A DNA stretch of 64,000 nt from Candidatus Peribacteria bacterium RIFCSPHIGHO2_02_FULL_49_16 (GTDB lineage Bacteria; Patescibacteriota; Gracilibacteria; Peribacterales; Peribacteraceae), in NCBI GenBank assembly GCA_001788955.1, contig MFXT01000026.1:53877-117876 (forward strand). The letters are read 5' to 3'. Below are positions 10,098 to 18,532 of the stretch, in pieces. The position numbers and the translations under genes were made by a program. How positions within the stretch are numbered: position 1 is the stretch's first letter; each line of letters starts with the position of its first letter. The notes beneath the pieces were generated by a model. It did no database searches, was not told the DNA's origin, and was given only the letters and a program-made list of their open reading frames with translations.

Positions 10098-11116
10098 TAT
10101 GCAGAAACGTAATGAGATCCGGATAGAAATCTTGGCAACATCTCTCGCAGTTCTTCTGCAGGCAAATTATTGCGCTTGGCAATGAAGAGCGATCGCAGAA
10201 AATTGAGTTGAGAAAGTACCGTCACGGCAAAGGCAAAAAGCGGCTCGATCGAGAGCGCTTTATTCCACATTGGAGCAATATATCCGGCAATCACATGCGA
10301 TATATCCTGCTCGAAAAGTAATGGATTTTCTACAAGAAAATCCAGAGAATGCGGCATGTGATAACCGAATGCCGATCGATCCACGGCCCCCTGAAGAGAT
10401 GCGATAGCATTTGTCTCCAAAGCAGATTCCTCCAGCGTTCCTCCAAAAAGGAAAGAAAACGGCGGAGTAATCGTTCCCTGAAGCACACGCAGTGCTGTGC
10501 GCAGATTTGTCAAATCAATGCGAAGTCGTGTGTATGCGAGAATGTCCTTTGATCCGCTCTCTTCAGCAAGACGCACCTGAATACGTGCCACCGCATCGGC
10601 AACGGCCGCATCTATTTCTGCGGGCGTGCAGGAATCCTGTACACGAAGAGCAGCCATGCACGATGCCAATTCCTTCGGAAATGTGTCACGGCGTTCTCCA
10701 TGCATAACGGCACGCAGTTCTTCTTCAGAGAAGACCGATATGCCAGAAAGAAGTTTTCGACCGGTATCCTTCACCCATCCCCGTTCTTGTTTATACAAAA
10801 ACGACAGAAGTACCTTATCTCCTTCAAGCCATACAATGTCGAATATATGCTTTTTTTGTTGTAAGGCTGCGATCTGCACTTCATGTTGTACCCACTGTTC
10901 GAGCGCGGATAGGATGTCTTCAAAGTGTGAAAGCCCTTGATCAATCACACCAGTACACGAAAGTTCCATCAAAATATGTTCCGCCTCTTCGATAGTCCGA
11001 CTTCCGAGCAAGCGATCCTTATCCGTCTCATCGAGAAGATACCGCTGCAGCACACCTAATCTCCCGTAAGAGAAAGCGAAATGTTGTGCAATAAGAGGAT
11101 GAGAAATCGTTATCAT
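10097..11116 (-). CDS. atpC: V/A-type ATP synthase subunit C (d/AC39)
   Basis: 339 aa, IDLTNLRTALR motif, located between subunits E and F. Confidence 0.8.
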   Translation of the reverse strand: MITISHPLIAQHFAFSYGRLGVLQRYLLDETDKDRLLGSRTIEEAEHILMELSCTGVIDQGLSHFEDILSALEQWVQHEVQIAALQQKKHIFDIVWLEGDKVLLSFLYKQERGWVKDTGRKLLSGISVFSEEELRAVMHGERRDTFPKELASCMAALRVQDSCTPAEIDAAVADAVARIQVRLAEESGSKDILAYTRLRIDLTNLRTALRVLQGTITPPFSFLFGGTLEESALETNAIASLQGAVDRSAFGYHMPHSLDFLVENPLLFEQDISHVIAGYIAPMWNKALSIEPLFAFAVTVLSQLNFLRSLFIAKRNNLPAEELREMLPRFLSGSHYVSA

Positions 11117-11679
11117 ACTGTAGAAGAAAAGAGTCGCCCCCCTGTCTCCACTTCTGTTGCCGGACGAAGATAGGCAAAAACAAGGTGTTCAAATGTAAAA
11201 TCTCTTTCTTGATCTCCCGTAATAAAGAGAAAACCGCCACGCGCAGTAATAGATTCCCCTACTACGATGCCACTCTTTCCCACGAGAAGCGTCTGAAGAA
11301 TCCGCGCATGATCGGCGGCAGGACGTACCATGCCATTCTCCGGGCACTGCTGTATGCAATGAAAAAGAAATTGTTTCAGCGTGTCCGCAGTAAGAGCACA
11401 GAGGCGATCTATAACCTGATTATAGACAGAAGAGAGAATTTCCTGCTTCTTTTGAAGAAGTATATTGCGCTTCTGAAGCGAAAGTTGCATGGAGCGATGT
11501 ATACGCTCCTGTGTCACATCTTTTTTAAAACGCTCTCTGAACACCCGTTTTTTTTCTGCAATTTCTCGTTCATTTTCCTCCGAATGCCGCCGCAGCGTAT
11601 GCTGATATTCACGCTGCAACGTAGCAATCTCTTCGTCTGCCTGCGCTTTAATCGCCTCATGGATATCCTGTAAAGACAT
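11113..11679 (-). CDS. atpE: V/A-type ATP synthase subunit E
   Basis: N-terminal coiled coil and C-terminal GGF...DFTFE motif. Start at MSLQDI. Confidence 0.8.
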   Translation of the reverse strand: MSLQDIHEAIKAQADEEIATLQREYQHTLRRHSEENEREIAEKKRVFRERFKKDVTQERIHRSMQLSLQKRNILLQKKQEILSSVYNQVIDRLCALTADTLKQFLFHCIQQCPENGMVRPAADHARILQTLLVGKSGIVVGESITARGGFLFITGDQERDFTFEHLVFAYLRPATEVETGGRLFSSTV

Positions 11680-11701
11680 AAGAGAAGATAAAAATGAAAA
11701 A

Positions 11702-12280
11702 CTAACCCAGGAGGCCAGCTTTAAAAGAATTAAGCATGAAGAAAGAGATAAGGAACCCAAGAAGAGCATAGGTCTCCACAAGAGCCGCCATCGTAATCAC
11801 GCGACCCGCCAGCTTGTCATCCTTCGCAAGCATATGCATACCGGCCGCACAGACTTTTGCCTGATACGGAGCAGACGTCAAACACGTGAATGCCACAGGA
11901 AGACTTACAACAAAAAGTGTGATTCCCTGACTCAAGCTGATTACAACATCACCGTTAATCACTGCGCCATAATTAAAAATGAATAGCAGAGAGATCACCA
12001 TGCCGTAGAGTCCTTGTGAACCCGGAAGCACCATGAGTGTAATGACCTTTCCGGCAAGTTCCGGCTTTTCTGTAAGCAAACCCGCACCGGCCTGACCAGT
12101 CAGACTCACTCCTATGATCGAACCGATACAGGAAAGGAATGTCGCCGTGGCGACGCCGAGAAACGCAAAAGCAAGACCCCATTGGATGCTACCGGCCATA
12201 GTCGTGCCCGCATTTTGTGCAAAAGCGGTAAGCGGAGCGAGCAGACCGAGAGTAAGAGCAAGAGATGTAGACGTTCTCAT
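11702..12280 (-). CDS. atpK: V/A-type ATP synthase subunit K (proteolipid, 4-TM, Na+-type signature)
   Basis: LPGSQGLYG, SAPYQ and LVETYA motifs match Enterococcus NtpK ion-binding positions. N-terminal signal-like extension ending AFA-Q. Confidence 0.92.
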   Translation of the reverse strand: MRTSTSLALTLGLLAPLTAFAQNAGTTMAGSIQWGLAFAFLGVATATFLSCIGSIIGVSLTGQAGAGLLTEKPELAGKVITLMVLPGSQGLYGMVISLLFIFNYGAVINGDVVISLSQGITLFVVSLPVAFTCLTSAPYQAKVCAAGMHMLAKDDKLAGRVITMAALVETYALLGFLISFFMLNSFKAGLLG

Positions 12281-12319
12281 AGAAAAGAAAGGGAAAGAAG
12301 GTAGAAATGAAAAAATAAA

Positions 12320-14242
12320 CTAGTGTAACGTTCGACGAAATGGAGAAAAGGCGCGACCGCCCCCTTCAAAGAATTGTGAGAAAAATTCAATGAACTGCAA
12401 CCTGCCTGAATGAATAAAACTCCCCAAGGTATTGAGCGCAATACTCACCAGATGACCGCCGAGCAAAATGACAACAATAACCGGAATCGCGATAAACAGC
12501 GGAAAGAGTTTCCCGAGTTCGATGGCCAATTGATTCACCGCAAGTGCCAGTGCGCCCGTGACAAGCCCGAGTGCAAGGATGCGCAGGTAACTCAAGACAT
12601 TACTCAACATGCTCACGGCAAAATTTAGGACGCCAAGCAGCCCTATAAACGGACGCAGATACCACACGGCTCCATATCCCTTCCCCCACACAAGAAGCGC
12701 AATGGCGGCATACAACGTGTATTGTGCCACATCTGTGAGAGACTCGGGTGCAAATACGAAGAAAAGCACAGTCCCCAAAAGAACATGGCTCGTGAAATCC
12801 TGCCACAAAGCCGCGGCACGCTTGCCATGAATCCACTTATGGAGCCCTGCAAGAAAGATACCAAAAAAGAGGTGTGTGATCCCAAGAACGAGCGATAAAT
12901 TCTGCAGGAATGTAATGCCGGACTCCACACCCAGATTCCAGATTTGTCCCCGAAAGAGCACCGTTCCATCTATTGTCTGTTTGGTGAACACAGAAGGAAC
13001 CTGTTCGGGAAGAAGTCCGAACCATCCGCCAAAGAGAATGCCTATCAAAAACGTGACGATGCCACCAAGAAACAGCAACCACAAAAGAGGAATTTCTTCA
13101 GGTGATTTGCGTAGTTTCAAAAGAACGCCGCCAAAAAGAAGCGCGAGAACGAGGCCGTATCCCGCATCCGTCAGACAAAGTGCGAAGTATAGCGCAAAAA
13201 ACGGTGCAAGCATCGCTGTCGGATCAAATTCAGACGATAAAGGAAGTCCGTACAAATTCGTCACACTCTGAAATGGCGTGATCCATCGGGGATTTTTAAG
13301 AAGCACCGGCGGCTCTTCATCCTTTACGATGGGCAGCCGCAAAATTGCCGTCGCAGGAGCACTGGCTTGGATTGTGCGTTCGAGAAATGCAACTCGCGAA
13401 CGGGGAACCCAGCCCGTAAGGACGACCGATCCCCATCCTTCATCCAAAGAAGAACGCGCCCGATGACGCTCATCAATCCACCGCATATACATTTGAGCCA
13501 GAAGAAGGTTAGGAAGTTCCGAGGCCAATTGTCTGCGTTCTTCGTTATGTGTTTCTTTTTTACGCAAGAAAAGTTTTTCTTTCAGTATTGTCTCTTGTAC
13601 AAGAGCACGCGGATTTCCCGGCAATTGTGGCAATTCCACAGAAGTCCACCCCCATTTCTTTGTGTGCTCTTCAAAAAGCGCGTGATCTGCTTTCCAAATA
13701 ATAACATAAACATACGCAACACCGGCGTACTCGTGAACGATATGTATATCGCTCTGCGGACAGTGTGTATCGATGTCTTTTCTCCATGACAGAATGTGCT
13801 TCAGTGGAATCATTCCAAAGAGAAGAATTGTGGTTTCCGTCTCGCGAGGTTCATCGAGAGAATATGATAATGATTGCCAAAGCTGAAGAAGTGACCGCAA
13901 GTGATGCTGCTGCTGTATTTCCCTCTCCGCCTGCGCATCTTCTTCTCCAAGCACATGCAAACGATCAATGATACCACACACATCCGTGTGAAATGCCGCA
14001 TGCGTTACTTGTTCCACAGTGAAAGGTGGACGAAGAGCGTGAAGCGCATCCTGCGACGCGAATTTTTTGAGAAGAGTGATCGCAAAATCGAGTTCCGCCT
14101 TTCGAAAATTTACTTCAACAGACGGCTCCCCCACACCTTCGATAATCTCCATAACTCCCTCCTCATGCAGGATATCAATAAGTTGCTCTCTTTGAGAGAT
14201 ATGTGTGAGGATTGCCACTTTCTGCATCGCAAGGACAGCCAT
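12320..14242 (-). CDS. atpI: V/A-type ATP synthase subunit I (a)
   Basis: PPVLLKNP, YGLP...DPT, DAGYG, LSYLRILALGL (essential Arg), IHSGRLQFIEFFSQFFEGGG. Confidence 0.95.
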   Translation of the reverse strand: MAVLAMQKVAILTHISQREQLIDILHEEGVMEIIEGVGEPSVEVNFRKAELDFAITLLKKFASQDALHALRPPFTVEQVTHAAFHTDVCGIIDRLHVLGEEDAQAEREIQQQHHLRSLLQLWQSLSYSLDEPRETETTILLFGMIPLKHILSWRKDIDTHCPQSDIHIVHEYAGVAYVYVIIWKADHALFEEHTKKWGWTSVELPQLPGNPRALVQETILKEKLFLRKKETHNEERRQLASELPNLLLAQMYMRWIDERHRARSSLDEGWGSVVLTGWVPRSRVAFLERTIQASAPATAILRLPIVKDEEPPVLLKNPRWITPFQSVTNLYGLPLSSEFDPTAMLAPFFALYFALCLTDAGYGLVLALLFGGVLLKLRKSPEEIPLLWLLFLGGIVTFLIGILFGGWFGLLPEQVPSVFTKQTIDGTVLFRGQIWNLGVESGITFLQNLSLVLGITHLFFGIFLAGLHKWIHGKRAAALWQDFTSHVLLGTVLFFVFAPESLTDVAQYTLYAAIALLVWGKGYGAVWYLRPFIGLLGVLNFAVSMLSNVLSYLRILALGLVTGALALAVNQLAIELGKLFPLFIAIPVIVVILLGGHLVSIALNTLGSFIHSGRLQFIEFFSQFFEGGGRAFSPFRRTLH

Positions 14243-14245
14243 AGA

Positions 14246-14611
14246 TCACAATGATGAAAGAAAAGCAGGATCCTGTATGTGTGTCACAAGAGATGCCACC
14301 ACTCCTTCTATCTTTCCTGCACAAGACTTTTCGAAATTCGCTGTCGTAGCGAATGCCTCCCGTACTCGTGCATCCAACTCCTGCTGCAATAGGTGTTTTT
14401 CCTCTGAAATACGCACGGAAAGCGCCTCCTCCTCTTCGGTAATTGCCGTCTGTTTTTTCTTCAAAAGAAGGCGTGTGTGTTCCTCCTCTTTCCGAAGAAA
14501 CGCCTTTCTCTGCTCTTCGATACGTCCCTTCTGTTGCTCTTCGAGCATACGGACGGCAGAAATATCGGGATGCACAGTTCGGGAGATCTTTTTGGTTCCT
14601 GTACCGGACAT
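14246..14611 (-). CDS. Probable V/A-type ATP synthase subunit G/H (peripheral stalk)
   Basis: 121-aa charged coiled coil immediately upstream of subunit I; assigned by position. Confidence 0.6.
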   Translation of the reverse strand: MSGTGTKKISRTVHPDISAVRMLEEQQKGRIEEQRKAFLRKEEEHTRLLLKKKQTAITEEEEALSVRISEEKHLLQQELDARVREAFATTANFEKSCAGKIEGVVASLVTHIQDPAFLSSL

Positions 14612-14663
14612 ACTGTAGATATGGGGAAAAACGCGCGGACTCTACTGACTTTAGTCAAAAAAA

Positions 14664-15161
14664 TCAAGACTCCATACGCCCAACTTTCACTTTTGCCGGC
14701 CGAAGAACTCTTTCACCAAACAGATATCCTTCTTCGAGAATTTCGAGGACGATATTTTCCTCTCCCGGCCCCACAGCGAGAACCTCACAACATGTCGGAT
14801 CGAGCGGTTTTCCAAGAACATCAATCGTTTTTACATCAAGCGTGGACAGCCATTGCTCTTGTCCATGAATAGCACTACACACTCCCTTCACCCATTCGTT
14901 ATCTGCCAAATCTTGTGGAAGATGCGCTTTTGCCCGCTGAAAAGAGTTCAAGACAGGAAGCATCTTTATGAGAGCATCCTGAAGCGCGTAGCGCCGATGT
15001 TCTTCTGCCTCCCGTTCCAGTCGCGCACGAATATTCTGCACATCCGCTTGGGCACGCGCCGCCAGATTTTTAAAACGTTCGAGTTCCGCACGTAGATGCG
15101 TAGACTCATGATCTTTTTGCTTGCCAACCGCCGCTTTCTTCGGTTGCTGTTTCCCGGACAT
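14664..15161 (-). CDS. grpE: Nucleotide exchange factor GrpE
   Basis: RAQADVQNIRAR, LPVLNSFQRA and GY...RVLRPAKVKV motifs. Confidence 0.9.
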   Translation of the reverse strand: MSGKQQPKKAAVGKQKDHESTHLRAELERFKNLAARAQADVQNIRARLEREAEEHRRYALQDALIKMLPVLNSFQRAKAHLPQDLADNEWVKGVCSAIHGQEQWLSTLDVKTIDVLGKPLDPTCCEVLAVGPGEENIVLEILEEGYLFGERVLRPAKVKVGRMES

Positions 15162-15217
15162 AAAAAGAGTATAACAGGAAATGTGTTATCCGCGCACCCT
15201 GCGGTACACTGCTCTCT

Positions 15218-16204
15218 ATGCTTATCACAATCGGTGCCACTGTCGCCGGTCTTACCCTCATCATTAAAGGAGCCGACTGGCTTGTTCGTGGTGCGACAAA
15301 TTTCGCACGTCATCTTCGCGTTTCCGAATTGACGATCGGTCTTACGGTTGTTGCCTTCGGAACATCCCTTCCCGAACTCGTGGTTAATGTCTTTAGCAGC
15401 ATGAACGGTGCAAATGATCTTGCCATCGGAAATATTCTCGGAAGTAATATCAGCAATATTTTCCTTATCATCGCCATAGCCGCAATCATTGCCCCGTTGC
15501 ATGTGCACACATCGACTGTATGGAAAGAGCTTCCACTTTCCCTGCTTGCGGCATGTGTCCTTCTTGTCATGGTAAATGATCACATCATCGATGACTTTTC
15601 TGTGGCACAATTGAGTCGGACGGACGGCATCACATTCCTCGGTTTCTTCCTCATTTTTCTTTGGTATACCTTTGGCATGCAAAAAGTGGAAGACGAGCAT
15701 GAAAGTGAACAGCAAAATATCTTCATTTCTCTTGGCCTTATTCTTCTCGGCGTCATCATGCTTACCGGTGGTGGAAAGCTTACCGTCTATGGTGCAATGC
15801 TCTTTACGAAAACTCTTGGCATCTCACAGGCATTTGTGGGACTCACTGTCCTTGCCATCGGAACATCGCTCCCCGAACTTGCCACCTCCATTAATGCGGC
15901 AATGAAACAAAAAGCCGATATTGCTGTGGGAAACATCATCGGAAGCAACATCTTCAATATTTTCTGGATTCTCGGGATCTCTGCAACAATTAAACCACTG
16001 ATATTTGAACCGGCTCTGAACATTGATCTCCTCACTATGATTCTCGCAACAATCGTTCTCTTTCTCACCGTTCACACCGGTCATATTCACCGACGCCTCC
16101 TATTTTGGAAACAAAAAGAGGGACATGTCATCGATCGCAAAGAAGGTATCCTCATGCTCTTTTTGTACGCAGGATATCTGGCATACGTAGGGTGGAGAGG
16201 ATGA
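15218..16204 (+). CDS. Calcium/sodium antiporter (CaCA, YrbG-like)
   Basis: Duplicated alpha repeats GTSLPEL...GNI(L/I)GSNI.NI; about 10 TM segments. Confidence 0.9.
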   Translation: MLITIGATVAGLTLIIKGADWLVRGATNFARHLRVSELTIGLTVVAFGTSLPELVVNVFSSMNGANDLAIGNILGSNISNIFLIIAIAAIIAPLHVHTSTVWKELPLSLLAACVLLVMVNDHIIDDFSVAQLSRTDGITFLGFFLIFLWYTFGMQKVEDEHESEQQNIFISLGLILLGVIMLTGGGKLTVYGAMLFTKTLGISQAFVGLTVLAIGTSLPELATSINAAMKQKADIAVGNIIGSNIFNIFWILGISATIKPLIFEPALNIDLLTMILATIVLFLTVHTGHIHRRLLFWKQKEGHVIDRKEGILMLFLYAGYLAYVGWRG

Positions 16205-16212
16205 TCACCTTA

Positions 16213-16740
16213 TTATGGTGCCACGCATGGAACCGCGGGGTCTGCGATACAATTCTCCGCAGGCGGCTTTCCTTTCCACAGACAGGTTTGTGAATAGCGA
16301 CAGGCATCGTCGGTCATTTGTTCCAATTCATACAGTACCTGTGCACTCGCAGAGGACGTTGTAAGAAAAATTTGATCCATGTCTTCAAATACGTAATCCA
16401 GGTCAAATTCCATCTCTTCACCGTTCACGAACATGCGCCATTCCCGATCTCGCTGGAATGTGAAATCCAATGAATCAAAAAAATCTCGCAGAATCAGGCC
16501 GGGTTTATGCTGGTGAATGATACGATCGATGTGATCATGAAGATGCAAATACGGATGGAGATGATCATGATCATCCTCTAAGCCGGACATATGTTCTTTT
16601 CCTGAAAAATCCACCTTCTCCCCATCCACCCACACCGCAAAATCCGCATGCGTGTGATTTGGATCCGGATTCTCTGTATACTGCCTCTCGCAGGCAAAAA
16701 ATAGAATAGATAGACAAAAGAGGAGAGAAAAGCGTTTCAT
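16213..16740 (-). CDS. His/Cys-rich hypothetical lipoprotein
   Basis: MKRFSLLFCLSILFFAC lipobox; HTHADF, HDHLHPYLHLHDH, HQH and four C-terminal Cys. Confidence 0.7.
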   Translation of the reverse strand: MKRFSLLFCLSILFFACERQYTENPDPNHTHADFAVWVDGEKVDFSGKEHMSGLEDDHDHLHPYLHLHDHIDRIIHQHKPGLILRDFFDSLDFTFQRDREWRMFVNGEEMEFDLDYVFEDMDQIFLTTSSASAQVLYELEQMTDDACRYSQTCLWKGKPPAENCIADPAVPCVAP

Positions 16741-16805
16741 AAGAGAATTCATCATCTTAAAAAACTTTCCGTAAGTCAACATCATAGTCCATAATTTCTA
16801 TCACT

Positions 16806-16882
16806 GCCACGGTAGCTCAGTTGGTTAGAGCGCGGGACTCATAAGCCCGAGGTCGGAGGTTCGATCCCTCCCCGTGGCACCA
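16806..16882 (+). tRNA. tRNA with CAT anticodon (elongator Met most likely; Ile2 not excluded)
   Basis: GCCACGGTAGCTCAGTTGGTTAGAGC...CT-CAT-AA...GGTTCGATCC...GGCACCA. G1-C72 is paired, so not an initiator. Confidence 0.9.
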
Positions 16883-16915
16883 CGTAAAATATACTTGCCA
16901 ATCTTGGAACTACTT

Positions 16916-17242
16916 CTACCCGAACGTCAGCACCTTGTCCGATTCCTCAACGAGACGCAGGAGGTCGGTCATGGTTGAGACTGGGCAAGCCGCGCTTTCG
17001 GGCTGTGATCGGTTCTTGAGACAGCTTCCGCAGGCAAGGAGCTGACCTCCGAGAGCGGTGAACTCTTCGACCTTCTTGGAAACGCCAAAGCGTTCCGTGT
17101 CGGGGATGCGCTCGAGTTCCACTCCCTCGCTCAAAAGAAAGATACGCACGTCGTGCTTTGCTTTCCGCGCCGTGATCGCGAGCCGCAGCGCGTTCCAGAC
17201 GCGCTCGGGTTCGTTCGATTGCAGGATGATGCCCAGCTTCAT
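16916..17242 (-). CDS. DsrE/DsrF-family protein
   Basis: WNALRLA, VRIFLLSEGVE, ACGSCL, C-terminal DKVLTF; GC-rich codons. Confidence 0.85.
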   Translation of the reverse strand: MKLGIILQSNEPERVWNALRLAITARKAKHDVRIFLLSEGVELERIPDTERFGVSKKVEEFTALGGQLLACGSCLKNRSQPESAACPVSTMTDLLRLVEESDKVLTFG

Positions 17243-17248
17243 GAAGTG

Positions 17249-17950
17249 TCAGGAGAGATCCTTTTTGCGCTCATCAAACTCTTTCTTGTCGATTTCTCCT
17301 TTGGCGTATCGCTCCTTCAGGATGTCGAGCGCGGAGTTTCCTCCCGCCGTACCGGAGCTGCGCGAGAGCCATTTCACGAGCGCGACGATCCCGGCGATGA
17401 TGAGTACCCACCAGAGGATCATGAAGATCATGCCGAAGGGCGCGAAGCCACTGAACCCGTATCCCATCATGGACGACATCGTATCAGGAGTAGCGCCGTT
17501 TGACCAGCTTCCCATCATCGGAGAGTTGTTGTTCCAGCCTCCCCCCATCTTGCCGCCACCCATCATCCCCATCATGGGCATCATCATCCCCGCGTTCCCC
17601 ATAGGGAGCGTTCCGTCTCCTCCGCACCCGCTCATTCGCTTGCCCATGACAACGTGCATCTGTTCTTCGCCTTCCTCGCCCATCATCCGTGTCATCATGG
17701 CGTTCATCGCCTCGTGCGCGTCGCCCGTCATCTCCCCCATGAAGTATTCACCGAGAGCGGCGAACTGCTCATCGGTAAGATCCTTGCACTCCACTTCTTC
17801 CCGCCCCATCTTCTGCCAGACTTCTTTCCCCTCCGCTTCCTCCTGCGCGGTATGATCGCCGGAGGGTGCCATCATCGCTTCCTGTGCGGAGGCGATGGGC
17901 GAGAGGAGGAGTGTGCCGGTGATGAGAGCGACGGAGAGGCGGTGGAGCAT
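17249..17950 (-). CDS. Secreted/membrane Met-Gly-rich protein with C-terminal SHOCT domain
   Basis: Signal peptide, HEAMNAMM and Met/Gly-rich linker, TM helix, ALDILKERYAKGEIDKKEFDERKKDL. Confidence 0.85.
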   Translation of the reverse strand: MLHRLSVALITGTLLLSPIASAQEAMMAPSGDHTAQEEAEGKEVWQKMGREEVECKDLTDEQFAALGEYFMGEMTGDAHEAMNAMMTRMMGEEGEEQMHVVMGKRMSGCGGDGTLPMGNAGMMMPMMGMMGGGKMGGGWNNNSPMMGSWSNGATPDTMSSMMGYGFSGFAPFGMIFMILWWVLIIAGIVALVKWLSRSSGTAGGNSALDILKERYAKGEIDKKEFDERKKDLS

Positions 17951-17984
17951 GGTGTGAGGAAGGAATGTCCCGTAGTATACACGC

Positions 17985-18368
17985 ATGGACTTCGATTACA
18001 CAGTCATCACAGGCAAAGACTTCGCTTCCGCGTTCGTAAGCGTGCAGGAGGAGATCTCGAAGGCGGGGATGCGCGTCCTTCACGTTCATGACGTGCAGGC
18101 GACACTCGCGGAGAAAGGTATCAACCGTGATTCGTACAAGATCGTGGAGTTCTGTAACGCAAAGTACGCGAGCGAGTTTCTCCGAACCGATCCCAAGATC
18201 GGTCTTTGTATGCCGTGCAAGATCAACGTGTATGTCCATGAGGGGAAAGTCTGGATCGTTGGGATGCGCCCCATTGTCCTCCCGCAGTTCTTCCCGCATG
18301 TCGATCTGGGAAATATGCCGCAGGAAGTTGATGCCATCGTGCGGTCGATCATCGACAAGGCGAAGTGA
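17985..18368 (+). CDS. DUF302 domain protein
   Basis: HDVQATL.EKG, YKIVEFCN, IGLCMPCKINVY motifs. Confidence 0.85.
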   Translation: MDFDYTVITGKDFASAFVSVQEEISKAGMRVLHVHDVQATLAEKGINRDSYKIVEFCNAKYASEFLRTDPKIGLCMPCKINVYVHEGKVWIVGMRPIVLPQFFPHVDLGNMPQEVDAIVRSIIDKAK

Positions 18369-18532
18369 GTGCCGAATCCCTATGCGCCTTTGGTCATGTG
18401 CGGCTCTAACAGTGGTTTTACCAAAGAAGTGCGAATGTGTGGGTTGATCCTGATAGATCCTATGTCCAGTTCGACCACCAAAAGATATGATCTCTGATGA
18501 CCCATCCCACCATTCGACTCGACAAGCAATCC

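Noticed and set aside
18455-18485. gttcgaccacca as a possible attR copy of the tRNA 3' end closing the GC-rich islet
   Set aside because: The match to the tRNA(CAT) 3' end is limited to short fragments (gttcga, cacca); too weak to call an att site.
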